Assembly: GCA_964016885.1 (NCBI GenBank)
Contig: OZ024743.1
Span: 335,420,001-335,484,000 of the forward strand
DNA: 64,000 nt
Origin: Eledone cirrhosa
Lineage: Eukaryota
Direction of reading: 5' to 3'
Shown here piece after piece: positions 1 through 12,389 of this stretch. Numbering within the stretch: position 1 is the stretch's first letter; every line of letters begins with the position of its first letter. The notes beneath the pieces are model-generated. The model had not been told where the DNA came from. It did no database searches and was given only the letters and a program-made list of their open reading frames with translations. Position numbers and translations under genes: made by a program.

Positions 1-116
1 TTGTCGCCAAATTTCGCGTGTGTGTTACTTTAACAGCTTGACCGCATGCGTCGGGCAGGTAGCGAAATATTGACTTACTATGAGATTTGCACCCTTATGG
101 TATGGAAATAAGATGT

Positions 117-181
117 CTGAAGATCTAATCTTTCCATTGGAAATTCTCTGGATTTCCAATCTTTGGATTAGTGAAAGCGTC
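117..181 (+). ncRNA. Hammerhead-like motif, probably degenerate
   Basis: CTGAAGA (117-123), T-CTAATC...GATTAG-T stem II with a nested ATTGGAAAT/ATTTCCAAT hairpin, then GAAA-GCG-TC. Stem I pairing is not convincing. Confidence 0.4.
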
Positions 182-411
182 GGTAACAGCAATAGAGCAG
201 GTGAATATTAAATCGTTTTTTTATTTATTTAAGTAAGTAAGTAGGTGTAGTCGGATAAACGTCGAAACGGCTTGGTGGAATGCAACGAGAAAATTTGCAC
301 AATTATGCAGAATGACCCGAGGAGGCGTTGGGTCGACTATCAAGCTACAAGCTTCCATGGTTACGGAGAAAATCGATGAAACCGGAATTTCCCATTCAAA
401 TTGAACTGAGA

Positions 412-635
412 GTAATCTGTGAACGCAGAAGTAAATATTTCGAGAAACGTTGCAACCGAAGGAAAACAGGAAGACGAAATTTTTTTTCCTGAAGACGTTC
501 CCTGGCAATGAACGGAAAAATAGTGAGGATAATACGTCGTTATGTGGAGCGTGAAGAACAATTTCATGCAAAGACAAGACCAAATTTATGGTATAAATGG
601 AATCGTTAGACTAATATTCTATTTAAAATAACAGA
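412..635 (-). mobile_element. Fragment of the PLE-1 family pseudo-LTR / 3' UTR
   Basis: Reverse complement resembles roughly 5170-5375 (aatctgtgaacgcagaagtaaatatttc...gttgcaaccg...ggaagacg). Confidence 0.6.
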
Positions 636-829
636 ATGATTTCCAGCACCGGAGTTTAAGAATGATGTAAATTAAATTGAAAACGAAAATGACAGAGGTT
701 ATTAAAATAGTAAAAGTAAATAGTGAAGATTTAGGCCAGTACATACGTATGCCGCGACGGACATACACATACATACGCACACACACACACGCACACACAC
801 TCGCGCAGGCGCGCGTATGTATAAACCTT

Positions 830-1373
<544 letters not shown>

Positions 1374-1591
1374 CCCGAGTTCAATCGGGAGTAAACACAG
1401 TAAGTAAGGTACTCAATACATAGTGTATATACAACAAATATTAACATGTAAATAAACAAATAAATAAACAAATAAAAACACACACAGACACCCGGATGTA
1501 ACACATGCGCAAACTAAGCACACAACACACAAAAACAAGATGGCGTAGGACAGAACAAAGGAGAGGCACAAAAGAAAGGAAAGAATCCCCA

Positions 1592-1634
1592 GTCACTGAA
1601 GAGGTCACAGAATGTGTGACGAAAGAACTTTGAC
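1592..1634 (+). ncRNA. Minimal type I hammerhead ribozyme
   Basis: Stem I GTCA/TGAC; core CTGAAGA plus one extra G; stem II GTCACA/TGTGAC; GAAA; short stem III AG-aa-CT; cleavage triplet CUU. A decayed inverted relative lies near 26020-26065. Confidence 0.7.
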
Positions 1635-1918
1635 AATATATGAACAACCGTAGGGTTGTGGGACCAACAATCAACCGGAAATTTATAAATTTATAATTTT
1701 AATTTATAATATATTGAAGTGAAAGCATCGGTGCGTGTGTTTCTTATTGGCAACATGACCCTCACAAAGTATAATAATATCGGTTTCAACACACGTTTTC
1801 AGATAAAGAATCTTGCTAAACACATTCAGAAACGAAACATATATATATATATATATTTTTATCGATCGAATTTCGTCAAATCGGACCGAGGAAACAATGT
1901 TTCCGTTGGTCTTTCCAA

Positions 1919-1976
<58 letters not shown>

Positions 1977-2088
1977 TATCAGATTAAAGTTTAAGCAAAG
2001 AATCGCTGCTTTCACCCTTAACGAGATCTTCAGAAACTAAAAAAAATCAATCTGTGAACGCAGAAGTAAATATTTCGAAAAACGTTCA

Positions 2089-2163
2089 CAGATTGATTCT
2101 TTTTAATTTCTGAAGATCCCGTTAAGGGTGAAAGCACCGATTCTTTGCTTAAACTTTAATCTG
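2089..2163 (+). ncRNA. Type I hammerhead ribozyme of the PLE-1 pLTR
   Basis: CTGAAGA (2110-2116), T-CCC-gttaa-GGG-T, GAAA (2130-2133), stem III AGCA/TGCT, CUU, bulged stem I with CAGATT/AATCTG. Other copies: 1980-2054(-), 5370-5443(+), 35661-35734(-), 36857-36930(+); the last three have a CAGAAGA core. Confidence 0.7.
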
Positions 2164-2280
2164 TTATTTTAATAAATATTTGCTGCAGAGTTCTTATATA
2201 TATATATATATATATTTATCCTCTCGAGCCCTCTTTGTATTTTAGACTTCAAATTTATTATTATTATTATTATTACTATA

Positions 2281-2470
2281 GGGCAAGGGATTGGCAGTAT
2301 CGGTAGATGGTCGGACGCCATGCTTTGACGCGTAGAGTTACGGCCCTTGCCATTCTGAGTTCAAATCCCGCCGAGGTTAACTTTGCCTTTCATCCTTACG
2401 GGGTCGATAAAATAAAGTACCAGTAATACACTGGGTAATTGCTGGCCTTGTGCCAAAAGTAGAAACAATT
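2281..2470 (+). mobile_element. tRNA-derived SINE, family A
   Basis: A box TGGCAGTATCGG, B box GAGTTCAAATCC, conserved body gcctttcatccttacggggtcgataaaataaagtaccag; TSD attattattactata. More than 20 related copies in the window. Confidence 0.9.
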
Positions 2471-2652
2471 ATTATTATTACTATAAGGGTGAAAGCAGCA
2501 ATTCTTTGCTTAAACTTTAATCTGTTATTTTAATAAATATTTGCTCTACGGTTCTTTATCCTTATCGAGCCCTCTTTGGATTTTAGTCTTCAAATTTATT
2601 ATTATTACTATTTGGCTCCCTCGGTTGAGAACTCTATTGACTTATATTCATC

Positions 2653-4670
2653 ATGCAGAAACAACATCTGAATATTTCTACAAAGAACATACCCGTACCA
2701 AGCCGGAAAACATACCTAAAACTCCTGATACAGAAAGAGACGCGTTCATTTAAAGGTTGCGGTGGCGTGCCTTTTATTTCGATAATCAGCGAAAAGCACA
2801 CAACAAACAGGATACATTTGGGTTTAAAACCTATAATAACCCTCCGTGTAACCCAGCATTGCTACGCTTCGAAAATGATGTCTTGGAACTCAATCGGAGT
2901 ATCAAATTTCGGAATAGGAGCCAATTTCTTCCAGCAGGTCCTGAAGAATAGAATTCGTTCTATTAAGGATTCTAATGCCGTGCACGTCCATTCCGACAAA
3001 ACTGGCAACCTATATCAAGTGGAGCGCAGTACTTACCATCAACTAATACATAATGCTGTAACTAAGGATTACCGTAAAACTAATCGGTGCGTCATTAATG
3101 AAATCAACGATGCTGGGTTTAAAATCATCTCTGATCTCAACATCCTGGACCGGACTAAACCTCTGGACCCTATTTCTCCCCACTTTACCCTGAATGATCA
3201 CAAATCCAATTTTCCGAACAACCCCTCTATTCGGCTTATTAACCCTACGAAGTTCGATTTAGGTAGACTTATTAAAAGGATTCTTGATAGAATTATACCT
3301 GAAATTAGAAGTTTGGCCCCTCTTGCACCGTGGAAAACGTCTTTCGCGGTGATTGATTGGTTCAACGGCATATGAAAACAAGGAACATTGTCGTTTTATC
3401 CAATTCGACATCGATCATTTCTACTCCTCCATCACTTTACTACTTCTCCTTAGAGCTATCAATTTCACTAAAACACTCACAGTGGTTAAGGATTTCGAAG
3501 TTGATGTCATCCTCAATGCCCGTAAGTCGGTGATTAATTTCGACGACTCTATTTGGATTAAAAAATCTAATAGTATCCCATTCGACGTGAGTATGGGCGC
3601 CAGCGATTCTGCGGAGGTTACTGATCTTATCGACCTTTTCCTTCTTTTCTCTATCAAGGACGAATTCCCCAACGTGGGCGGTGGTTTGTACCGTGATGAT
3701 GGTCTTTTGACCATGACTAAGTGCTGCCCACGTGCTTGCGACAGGTTCAGAAAAGAACTCACAGCCTTGTTTAAAGGCTTCAACCTCTCTATACAGGTTG
3801 AGGCCAATCTCTCGGTCATTAATTACCTCGACATTACCCTCAATTTATCGAATGGCTTGTATTACCCGTATAGAAAGCCGAATGATACGCTTAATTACAT
3901 AAGTAAGCATTCTAACCATCCTGCCAGCATAACCATGAACCTGGTAAGAAACGTTTCTTTGAGGCTTTCCTGTCTATCTACTAACGAGCATATTTTCAAC
4001 GACCATTCCACATATTACAATGAAGCTCTTGCTCGGAGTGGATGTGTCGATAAGGTAGCATATACAGAGTACGAGAATAGACCTTGAAGAAATAGATCCC
4101 GACGCATTATATTATATGGTATAACCCACCATATAATATGGAGGTGGCCACACCATTAGCTAAGATCTTTTTCTCCCTTATTACAAAGCATTTTTCCCCT
4201 ACACATAAATATAGTAACATTTTTAATAGAAATACTATTAAAATTTCTTACTCTACGACTCCTAACCTTGCACATAACATCACAGCTTCAAATTTAGCTA
4301 AGCAACCTAGCCGTAGGAACACGTGCAACCCTGTTATTAGTACGAGTTGTAATTGTAGGAATCGGGTTGACTGCCCCCTATCCGAGAAATGCCTCTGTAG
4401 TAACATTGTCTACAAATGTAAGGTTGAAACACCCATGTCCCGTAGGGCATACATAGGGTTAACCGCCAATAGATTCAAGCAGCGTCTTTACATGCATACC
4501 CATTCTTTTCGTTACCCTCTAAGAAGGAATATGACGTCACTTTCAACTTATGTCTGGAGTCTAAAAGACAACCACACCAATATAAGTTACACTGGGAGAT
4601 CCTAGCTAGGGCTAGATCGTATAACGGAAATAAAAGACCATGTGACCTCTGCGCCGCTGAGGCCCTGGAG
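2653..4670 (+). pseudogene. PLE reverse transcriptase + GIY-YIG endonuclease, frameshifted
   Basis: N-term KNIPVP..RWRAFYF; RT motifs QFDIDHFYSSI, FDVSMGASDSAEV, GLYRDDGL, YLDITLNL; linker CNC-CPL-CL; VYKC...YIG; CDLC. At least four frameshifts plus stops. Confidence 0.9.
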
Positions 4671-5036
4671 TTTTGCGTCTGTGTGAGTTTGCGGGTTCGT
4701 ACGTATGAAGGGTGTGTGTATATGTGTACTTCGTGTTTTGGTTGACGTTCGTCTCCGAACATATGTGTATTTACATCTAGGTATGTCTGTGCGCTTGTTA
4801 TATACGTATTTATTTATTTATATACGTTTATTTAATTATTTGTATACACGCACACACACACATATATTTATATGTGCGTGTATTTGTATACCTATGGCGA
4901 GTGTTTTCGCGTATGCTTGTGTATGTACGTATATGGATGTGTGTATGTATTTATTTAATTCCAATTAAATCTGTATTTTATTTACTTTATTCTTAACCCT
5001 GAAGCCGAGAATCATTTGGTTTCCTAGTTAGAATTT

Positions 5037-5295
5037 TAGTCTACGACTTCTGCTATACCATTTATGTGGTTTTGTCTTTGCGTGCAATTGTTCTCCACGC
5101 ACCACATATGACGTATTGTCTTCGTTTTTCCGTTCATTGCCAGAGAACGTCTGTATGAACCAGCTAATAGAATATTAGTCTACTACTTCTTTTATAATAT
5201 AAACGTGGTTTTGTCTTTGCGTGTAATTGTTTTTCGCCGCTCCAAATAATGCCGTATTATATTCGTTTTTTCCCGTTCTTTGCCAGGGAACGTTT
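5037..5295 (+). repeat. Diverged ~140-bp tandem duplication in the PLE-1 3' UTR
   Basis: tagtctacgacttc...ccgttcattgccagagaacg at 5037 and 5177; the same duplication is at about 36524 and 36664. Confidence 0.75.
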
Positions 5296-5670
5296 TCACA
5301 AACCAAAGTATCGTCTTCCTGTCTTCCTCCGGTTGCAACGTTTTTTTGAAATATTCACTTCGGCGTTCACAGATTGACTTTGTTAGATTCAGAAGATCCC
5401 GTTAAGGGTGAAAGCAGCGATTCTTTGCTTAAACTTTAATCTGTTATTTTAATAATTTATATATATATATATATACTTTGAGTTTATATATATATATATA
5501 TATATGGAAAGATGGTTACAGCGAGATTAGGTGGTGGGAGCAGCAGTTTTGTAGTAGCTGACCACCGCATAAGGTTTCCTCAAAGAATACTCTGTCCAGG
5601 TTAGAAATTCGTTCATTTATATAGTGATTGTGTATTGAACAATGAAAACAATAGAGATATCAGAAACGTA

Positions 5671-5806
5671 GTTTCTGACGACGACCGTCAATCGAACAGC
5701 AATTTTGAGACTAGAAATATGTAGTAATGTAAGCACTAACATGACAGGCGATACACTGATATTTCACGAGCAATGGATCCTTTGACCTCGGAAACGATCG
5801 TAAAAC
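5671..5806 (+). ncRNA. Hammerhead ribozyme with a ~90-nt loop II
   Basis: Stem I GTTT/AAAC; CTGACGA; stem II CGA-cc-GTCAA / TTGAC-c-TCG; GAAA; palindromic stem III ACGATCGT; GUA. Confidence 0.6.
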
Positions 5807-5892
5807 AATGAAATGTTTAACCGCATACTCCTGACTCCTGTTTTGCTTTCATTGTTCTATACACAAACGCACACACACACACACACACACAC

Positions 5893-5953
<61 letters not shown>

Positions 5954-6059
5954 CGTAAAATAAGAAAATTATAAAATTAACTTACTTACTAAAAAATCAC
6001 TTCCAACTAATTAGTTTCTGGAATGGAGTAAATATATTTTCCGAAGATATATATATATT

Positions 6060-6320
6060 TATTTAATTAGAAATTGAACCACACAAAGTATAACTACTCC
6101 ATTACCAAAGGTTTTTGGATCACAGACGATAATCATATACGTCTGGACCGGTCGTCAGATGGAGATATTGTAGATAAAAGATATTAAATGTATATATCTT
6201 TCATCTATAATATCTCTGTCTGACGAACGATCCAGACGTATATTATTATCGTCTGGGATCCCAAAACCTTTGGTAATGGAGTAGTTATATTTTGTATTGT
6301 TCAATTTCTGATTAAATAGC
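6060..6320. repeat. Diverged fold-back inverted repeat, arms ~125 bp
   Basis: tataactactccattaccaaagg...cgtcagatggagatatt mirrors aatatctctgtctgacg...cctttggtaatggagtagttata. Confidence 0.8.
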
Positions 6321-6628
6321 TCTGTTCTATACATAGAGCACTCTTTTTCCTTTGCTTTTCCTTCGGAATTACCTAACATATATATATATATAAGTGTAAA
6401 ACGAATAGAAGTGATGCTGCTGTCAGTTCTTGTGGTACCTATTTAGAGCTGGCGTTTTAGAGTAGCATAATTTAAGTGTAAGGTGAAGGAGATAACACCT
6501 TGTAATTGGATACAAAACAACAACGATTCAGCTTAAAGCAGCACGTTATCTACATGGTTACATGGTTTATTGTACATATAGTTATCTCGAGAAGACACTC
6601 AATGTAGTGGAAAGATAGAGATGAGATG

Positions 6629-6691
<63 letters not shown>

Positions 6692-6869
6692 TGTAGAGAA
6701 TAAAGGTAACACAAACATGTCTATCATTATGTTTGTTTCCTTTATTCTCTACACTCGTTATTAGTAACCACACCGCCTTCTCCCTTTCAATTCATATATA
6801 TATATATACATATATATATACACATATTTGCATGTATATATATATATATATATATATAGTAATAATAAT

Positions 6870-7057
<188 letters not shown>

Positions 7058-7060
7058 GTG

Positions 7061-7105
<45 letters not shown>

Positions 7106-7230
7106 GGAAAGTTATATTTAAAATTGTTGGGTTACAACTAGTAAATATTTATAACTGATATAAAAGCACTCGACAAATATTTGGAGTATATTTACAATAT
7201 TAAGTAAATGGAAACTATATTTATAAAACC

Positions 7231-7307
7231 ATATTTATTTCATTATATATATTTCGGGGATATCATATTAACAATATGCTATGCCCTCCTCAGACAAAAT
7301 ACAATAT
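7231..7307 (-). ncRNA. Type I hammerhead ribozyme (inverted pLTR of PLE-2)
   Basis: Reverse complement of 11023-11099. Confidence 0.75.
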
Positions 7308-8047
7308 AAACAGTTTTATAGATAAATAGATTCGACATACCGTTATAACACCGACTTCCATTTGAAGAGGTTTAAGCTGGCAGTGAAAAAATTTTACACA
7401 GAGAGAAAGAAAGAGAGAAAAAAGAAAGAAAGACAGAAAACGAAGAAAAGGAAGAAAAAGAAGAAATGCATGGAACAAAATAGCGAGATGGAAAGATAGA
7501 TAAAGCGAAGAACTTCATGTAAAGAAACAGAAAGATATATATATATATAGAGAGAGAGAGAGGAAATAGAGATAGATACATATATATATAGAAAATTAGG
7601 TAGTGGGAGGTCATTTTGAGTAAATGTATCAATGATACATTTATTTATTTATTTATTTATTTAGCTCAAGTATTAATGTAAGGGAGATATATATAGAGAG
7701 AAAAAATATAGAGAGAGGAAAAAATAGCGAGAGAAAAAATTTAAAAATAGCCAGATATATTCGAGGCGTAAAAACCCTATGTTTTAATGTATTAGTATTT
7801 ATAAAACTTACACTATATTGTAAATATCAGTATTCCTGAATGAGACAAGTATCCATAGTGTGTGAAAATTAATTATCTTATGTTTAGTTTTAAAAAAATT
7901 CATATGTTTATGTGACAGCTATAAACATCCATGCGAATCCACATGATTCACTCTGCAAACTCTAAGTTCACGGAAAACATTCTCAATGTGGTATAAAAAT
8001 TTGAGCATACATATATGTGTATTATTATTCCTGTCATTACTCTACAA

Positions 8048-9608
8048 TTAAGAACTTGGATTGTGTATCTAACCTGAGCTTGTGGAGGGGAACTGGAGAG
8101 GTTGTTGAGTGGTTTAAGCAAATTAAATATAACAATAATAATAGGTTTATTCAACTTGATATAGCTAACTATTATTCTTCTATTACCCCTAGTCTACTAA
8201 ATAAGGCACTAAATTACGCATTCAAACATACTGACCTAACTAGCAAAGAAATGCATATTATATTATCGGCTAGGAAAACTTTGATAGAATTTAATGACAA
8301 ATTATGGACCAGAGCAGATAGAGATAGCAATTTTGACATAACTATGGGATCTTCCGACTCAGCTCAGGTAACTGACCTTGTGGGCTTATTTTTAATCAAT
8401 TCGCTACATAGGAAAATACCTGGTACTACCGGAGGTTTATATAGGGATGACATGCTTTTACTTATTAATAATAATAACCCTGAACTAAATAGAAAATGTA
8501 AACAAATTACAACATTTTTTAATTACTTTAACCTTAAAATAGAAATTGAGAACAACCATAGAATAGTCAATTTCCTAGATATAACATTAAATCTCAACAC
8601 ATGTCTCCACTATCCTTTTCACAAGTTGAATGAAAACTTAAACTATGTCAACTTTAACTCTAACCACCCCAGATCTGTCAAAAACACTATAGTAAACTCA
8701 GTTCAAAAACGTATCTCTAGGATCTCGTTGAATAGAAAGATTTTCGACGAAAAGGCCCAATACTATAATGAAGCATTAGCTAGGGCAGGATATGCTGATA
8801 AGATTGTGTACATAGATAATGATAGACAAACTAAACAAAGTAACAACTTTTTTAATTACGGCAACAACATTAACAACTATAATAGAAAGCATTACAATAA
8901 TTCCAAAGGCCAAAAAAGAAATAGAACTAGGAACATAATTTGGTTTGCCCCCCCCCCCCCCCTTTCTCACTAAACATTAAAACCCACATCGCTAAATTAT
9001 TTTTCAAAGCTCTTGATAATCGCTTCCCTAGAACACATAGGTATCACTCAATTTTCAATAGGCATACAATTAAATTAACCTACTCATCCACCAAAATTTT
9101 AGCACAAAATATTAATAGAATAAATAATAGGAACTTAAAACCTAGTGATAAAAGCATAAATAATATACAAGTTAACAAATGTAACTGTAGAGATAGATCT
9201 AAATGTCCGTTAAATAACAACTGCTTAGTTAAAAATATAGTATACAATTGTAATGTTAATACTGACTCTAATTCTTTGAACTACGTCGGTTCCACATCGA
9301 CGGAATTTAAACTTCGCTATAATAACCACAAGAATTCTTTCACAGATCCAAGTAAAAAATCTTCAACGGCACTATCAGGCGTACTCTGGCAACTTAAGCT
9401 AGATAACGTTAGATATTCGACGGCTTGGAATATAGTCTCAAGAGGGATTCCTTTTAATTCATCCTCTGAGACATGTGACCTCTGCGCAGAGGAGATATTC
9501 TTTATACTAAAATCTAAAAATTCCCTTAACCTACGGACAAATTTATTCAGTTGTTGCAAACATAGATTAAACTCAACGTTTAAATATAAATTTAAATTTA
9601 AAATGTAG
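8048..9608 (+). pseudogene. PLE RT + GIY-YIG endonuclease, 5'-truncated, one frameshift at a poly-C run
   Basis: QLDIANYYSSI, FDITMGSSDSAQV, GLYRDD, FLDITLNL, CNCRDRSKCPL, IVYNC..YVGST..FKLRY, CDLC..E. The frame changes at the C run 8948-8962. Confidence 0.9.
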
Positions 9609-10049
9609 TATATTTAGTTTGATTTATATTTATATGGGAAACTAGCCGATAAATTTTTGATTCCTAAATTTTTGATTCCTTCTTTTTATTCTTTTTTTTA
9701 TTGTTTATTTTTATTTTATTTTTATTTAAACATTCCTCATGAAAAATTAAGCTACCCTAAAAGCTGATGCTCCAAATTTTTTGAATAAACCTTACACTAG
9801 ATAAACTTCTATATTAAATATAAGAACATATGTAGACCAATTTGGACATCATAAACTTTTTGAAATGATCTTTGCTAGATGTGATTTGATAGATAATTTT
9901 TGGCTTTGTCTTGTAATGAACTTGGCAATATATTGTCAATTAACTTTGAAGGGTTGATCTTTGTGGTTTATTTTTATTTTTATTTTTTATTATTGTAGTA
10001 TTTTATAATTATTTTATTTTTTATTTTTATTTTTAATATCTTTAATATG

Positions 10050-10150
10050 TAAATTTTTAATACGTAATATTTTTAATACGTAATATTTTTAATACGTAAT
10101 ATTTTTAATATGTAATATTTTTATTATGTAATATTCTTTCGTAATATTTT
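10050..10150. repeat. ~19-bp AT-rich minisatellite (taatacgtaatattttt)
   Basis: About five tandem copies in the PLE-2 3' UTR. Confidence 0.8.
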
Positions 10151-11022
10151 TTTAGTTTTCTATTTTATTATTACTTATTTTTACTTATTATTATTATTGT
10201 TATCTTTTATTTTTTTAGTTTTGTTTCTGATATATATTTTTATTAGTATATTGAAATCTGCTCTCTATTTCTGCTTGATAGATAATCTTGTAGAGTAATG
10301 ACAGGAATAATAATACACATATATGTATGCTCAAATTTTTATACCACATTGAGAATGTTTTCCGTAAACTTAGAGTTTGCAGAGTGAATTATGTGGATTC
10401 GCATGGATGTTTATAGCTGTCACATAAACATATGAATTTTTTTAAAACTAAACATAAGATAATTAATTTTCACACACTATGGATACTTGTCTCATTCAGG
10501 AATACTGATATTTACAATATAGTGTAAGTTTTATAAATACTAATACATTAAAACATTTTTTTACGCCTCGAATATATCTGGCTATTTTTAAATTTTTTCT
10601 CTCGCTATTTTTTCCTCTCTCTATATTTTTTCTCTCTCTATATATCTCCCTTACATTAATACTTGAGCTAAATAAATAAATAAATAAATAAATGTATCAT
10701 TGATACATTTACTCAAAATGACCTCCCACTACCTAATTTTCTATATATATATGTATCTATCTCTATTTCCTCTCTCTCTCTATATATATATATCTCTTTC
10801 TGTTTCTTTACATGAAGTTCTTCGCTTTATCTATCTTTCCATCTCTCTATTTTGTTCCATGCATTTCTTCTTTTTCTTCCTTTTCTTCGTTTTCTGTCTT
10901 TCTTTCTTTTTTCTCTCTTTCTTTCTCTCTGTGTAAAATTTTTTCACTGCCAGCTTAAACCTCTTCAAATGGAAGTCGGTGTTATAACGGTATGTCGAAT
11001 CTATTTATCTATAAAACTGTTT

Positions 11023-11099
11023 ATATTGTATTTTGTCTGAGGAGGGCATAGCATATTGTTAATATGATATCCCCGAAATATATATAATGAAATAAATAT
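11023..11099 (+). ncRNA. Type I hammerhead ribozyme (3' pLTR of PLE-2)
   Basis: Stem I ATATT-g-TATTTTGT / ATGAAATA-AATAT; CTGAGGA (11037-11043); 14-position stem II with two mismatches; GAAA (11075-11078); palindromic stem III ATATATAT; AUA. Confidence 0.8.
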
Positions 11100-11131
11100 G
11101 GTTTTATAAATATAGTTTCCATTTACTTAAT

Positions 11132-11189
<58 letters not shown>

Positions 11190-11192
<3 letters not shown>

Positions 11193-12159
11193 TTAGTATA
11201 TCTACCAACATATATATACAGATGCATACCTATGCTGCCAAATATATAGGTTTTGTCTTAGTAACTTTGTGGTTCAATGCAAGGGGATGCAGATCAATGA
11301 TATGAAAGACGTAAAATAAGAAAATTATAAAAATTAACTTACTAAAATTTCACTCCAACTAATTAGTTTCTCAAAGGGAATAAACATGGTTTCCGAGTGG
11401 AACAACATGGAGAAAAATCCTTTCGTCTTCAGGGAGGTCTATTCTGAGCTAAGTTCCCAGGCAATGCGTGGACACAGGGAACTTATACAAAAATAATTCA
11501 GGGGATGGAAAAAAGCAAGCGAGGACTAAATTCCAGGACATTGAAAAAATCACTGCCTACTTGGTCGGTGGCAAATTCAAAAGAATCAATCACGACATCG
11601 AGGTCAATCAGTGAGGAGTGGGGGAGCTAATAAGACAGTAGCCTGACTATTACTATGAACCATAGTAGTAGTTTTGGCAAATAATTTGGAGCTAATTATA
11701 AAGAATTAGTATATATATGTTGGTAGATATACTAATTCTTTATAATTATCTCCAAATTACTTTGTTGAGCAAAAATTTGCCAAAACTACTATTATGGTTC
11801 ATAGTAATAGTCAGGCTACTGTCTTATTAGCACCCCCACTCCTCACTGACTGATCTCGATGTCATATGATTGATTCTTTTGAATTTGCCACCGACCAAGT
11901 AGGCAGTGATTTTTTCAATGTCCTGGAATTTAGTCCTCGCTTGCTTTTTTCCATCCACTGAATTATTTTTGTATAAGTTCCCCGTGTCCACGCATTGCCT
12001 GGGAACTTAGCTGAGAATAGACCTCCCTGATGACGAAAGGATTTTTCTCCATGTTGTTCCACTCGGAAACCATGTTTATTCCCTTTGAGAAACTAATTAG
12101 TTGGAGTGAAATTTTAGTAAGTTAATTTTTATAATTTTCTTATTTTACGTCTTTCATAT
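11190..12159. mobile_element. Non-coding fold-back element, terminally redundant ~513-530-bp unit with a hammerhead-like core
   Basis: 11300-11714 mirrors about 11727-12159; 11191-11218 is the reverse complement of 11712-11737; core CTGATGA-CGA...TCG-GAAA at 12027-12069. A related fragment is at about 5949-6045. Confidence 0.75.
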
Positions 12160-12190
12160 ATATATATATATATATATATACACGCATATT

Positions 12191-12223
<33 letters not shown>

Positions 12224-12389
12224 AACCACGAATCAGAGTAGTAATATATATATAGGAAGAAACAGATTGTCTACAAAGTTACATAGTTATGTTTACCTCT
12301 TATCATAGCAAACTCATATCATAATAATTGATATTATTTTATAATACGGCAAATTGCTTGATTGCTTTAGGAATATATTACTGACATCC

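Larger units (their letters stand above)
1969..5453 (+). mobile_element. Penelope-like element PLE-1, near full length and decayed, with HHR-bearing pseudo-LTRs
   Basis: Inverted pLTR piece 1969-2060, direct pLTR end 2083-2174 repeated at about 5364-5453, RT+GIY-YIG ORF between them, (TA)n on both sides. Confidence 0.9.
7104..11137 (+). mobile_element. Penelope-like element PLE-2: 5'-truncated, with ~850-bp inverted pseudo-LTRs, inserted in (TA)n
   Basis: 7193-8047 is a near-perfect reverse complement of 10288-11137; RT-EN ORF between them; extra left tail 7104-7192; (TA)n on both flanks. Confidence 0.92.

Noticed and set aside
489-525. CTGAAGA-CGTTC..GAACG-GAAA hammerhead-like string
   Set aside because: No stem I or NUH site, and the core is not conserved in homologous PLE-1 copies; it is antisense to the element.
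2281-2370. tRNA genes at the A/B-box motifs
   Set aside because: These are SINE heads followed by a conserved body and TSDs; no cloverleaf.
4085-4087. TGA in PLE-1 as possible selenocysteine or readthrough
   Set aside because: It is followed shortly by a frameshift in an ORF with many lesions; no SECIS seen; ordinary decay.
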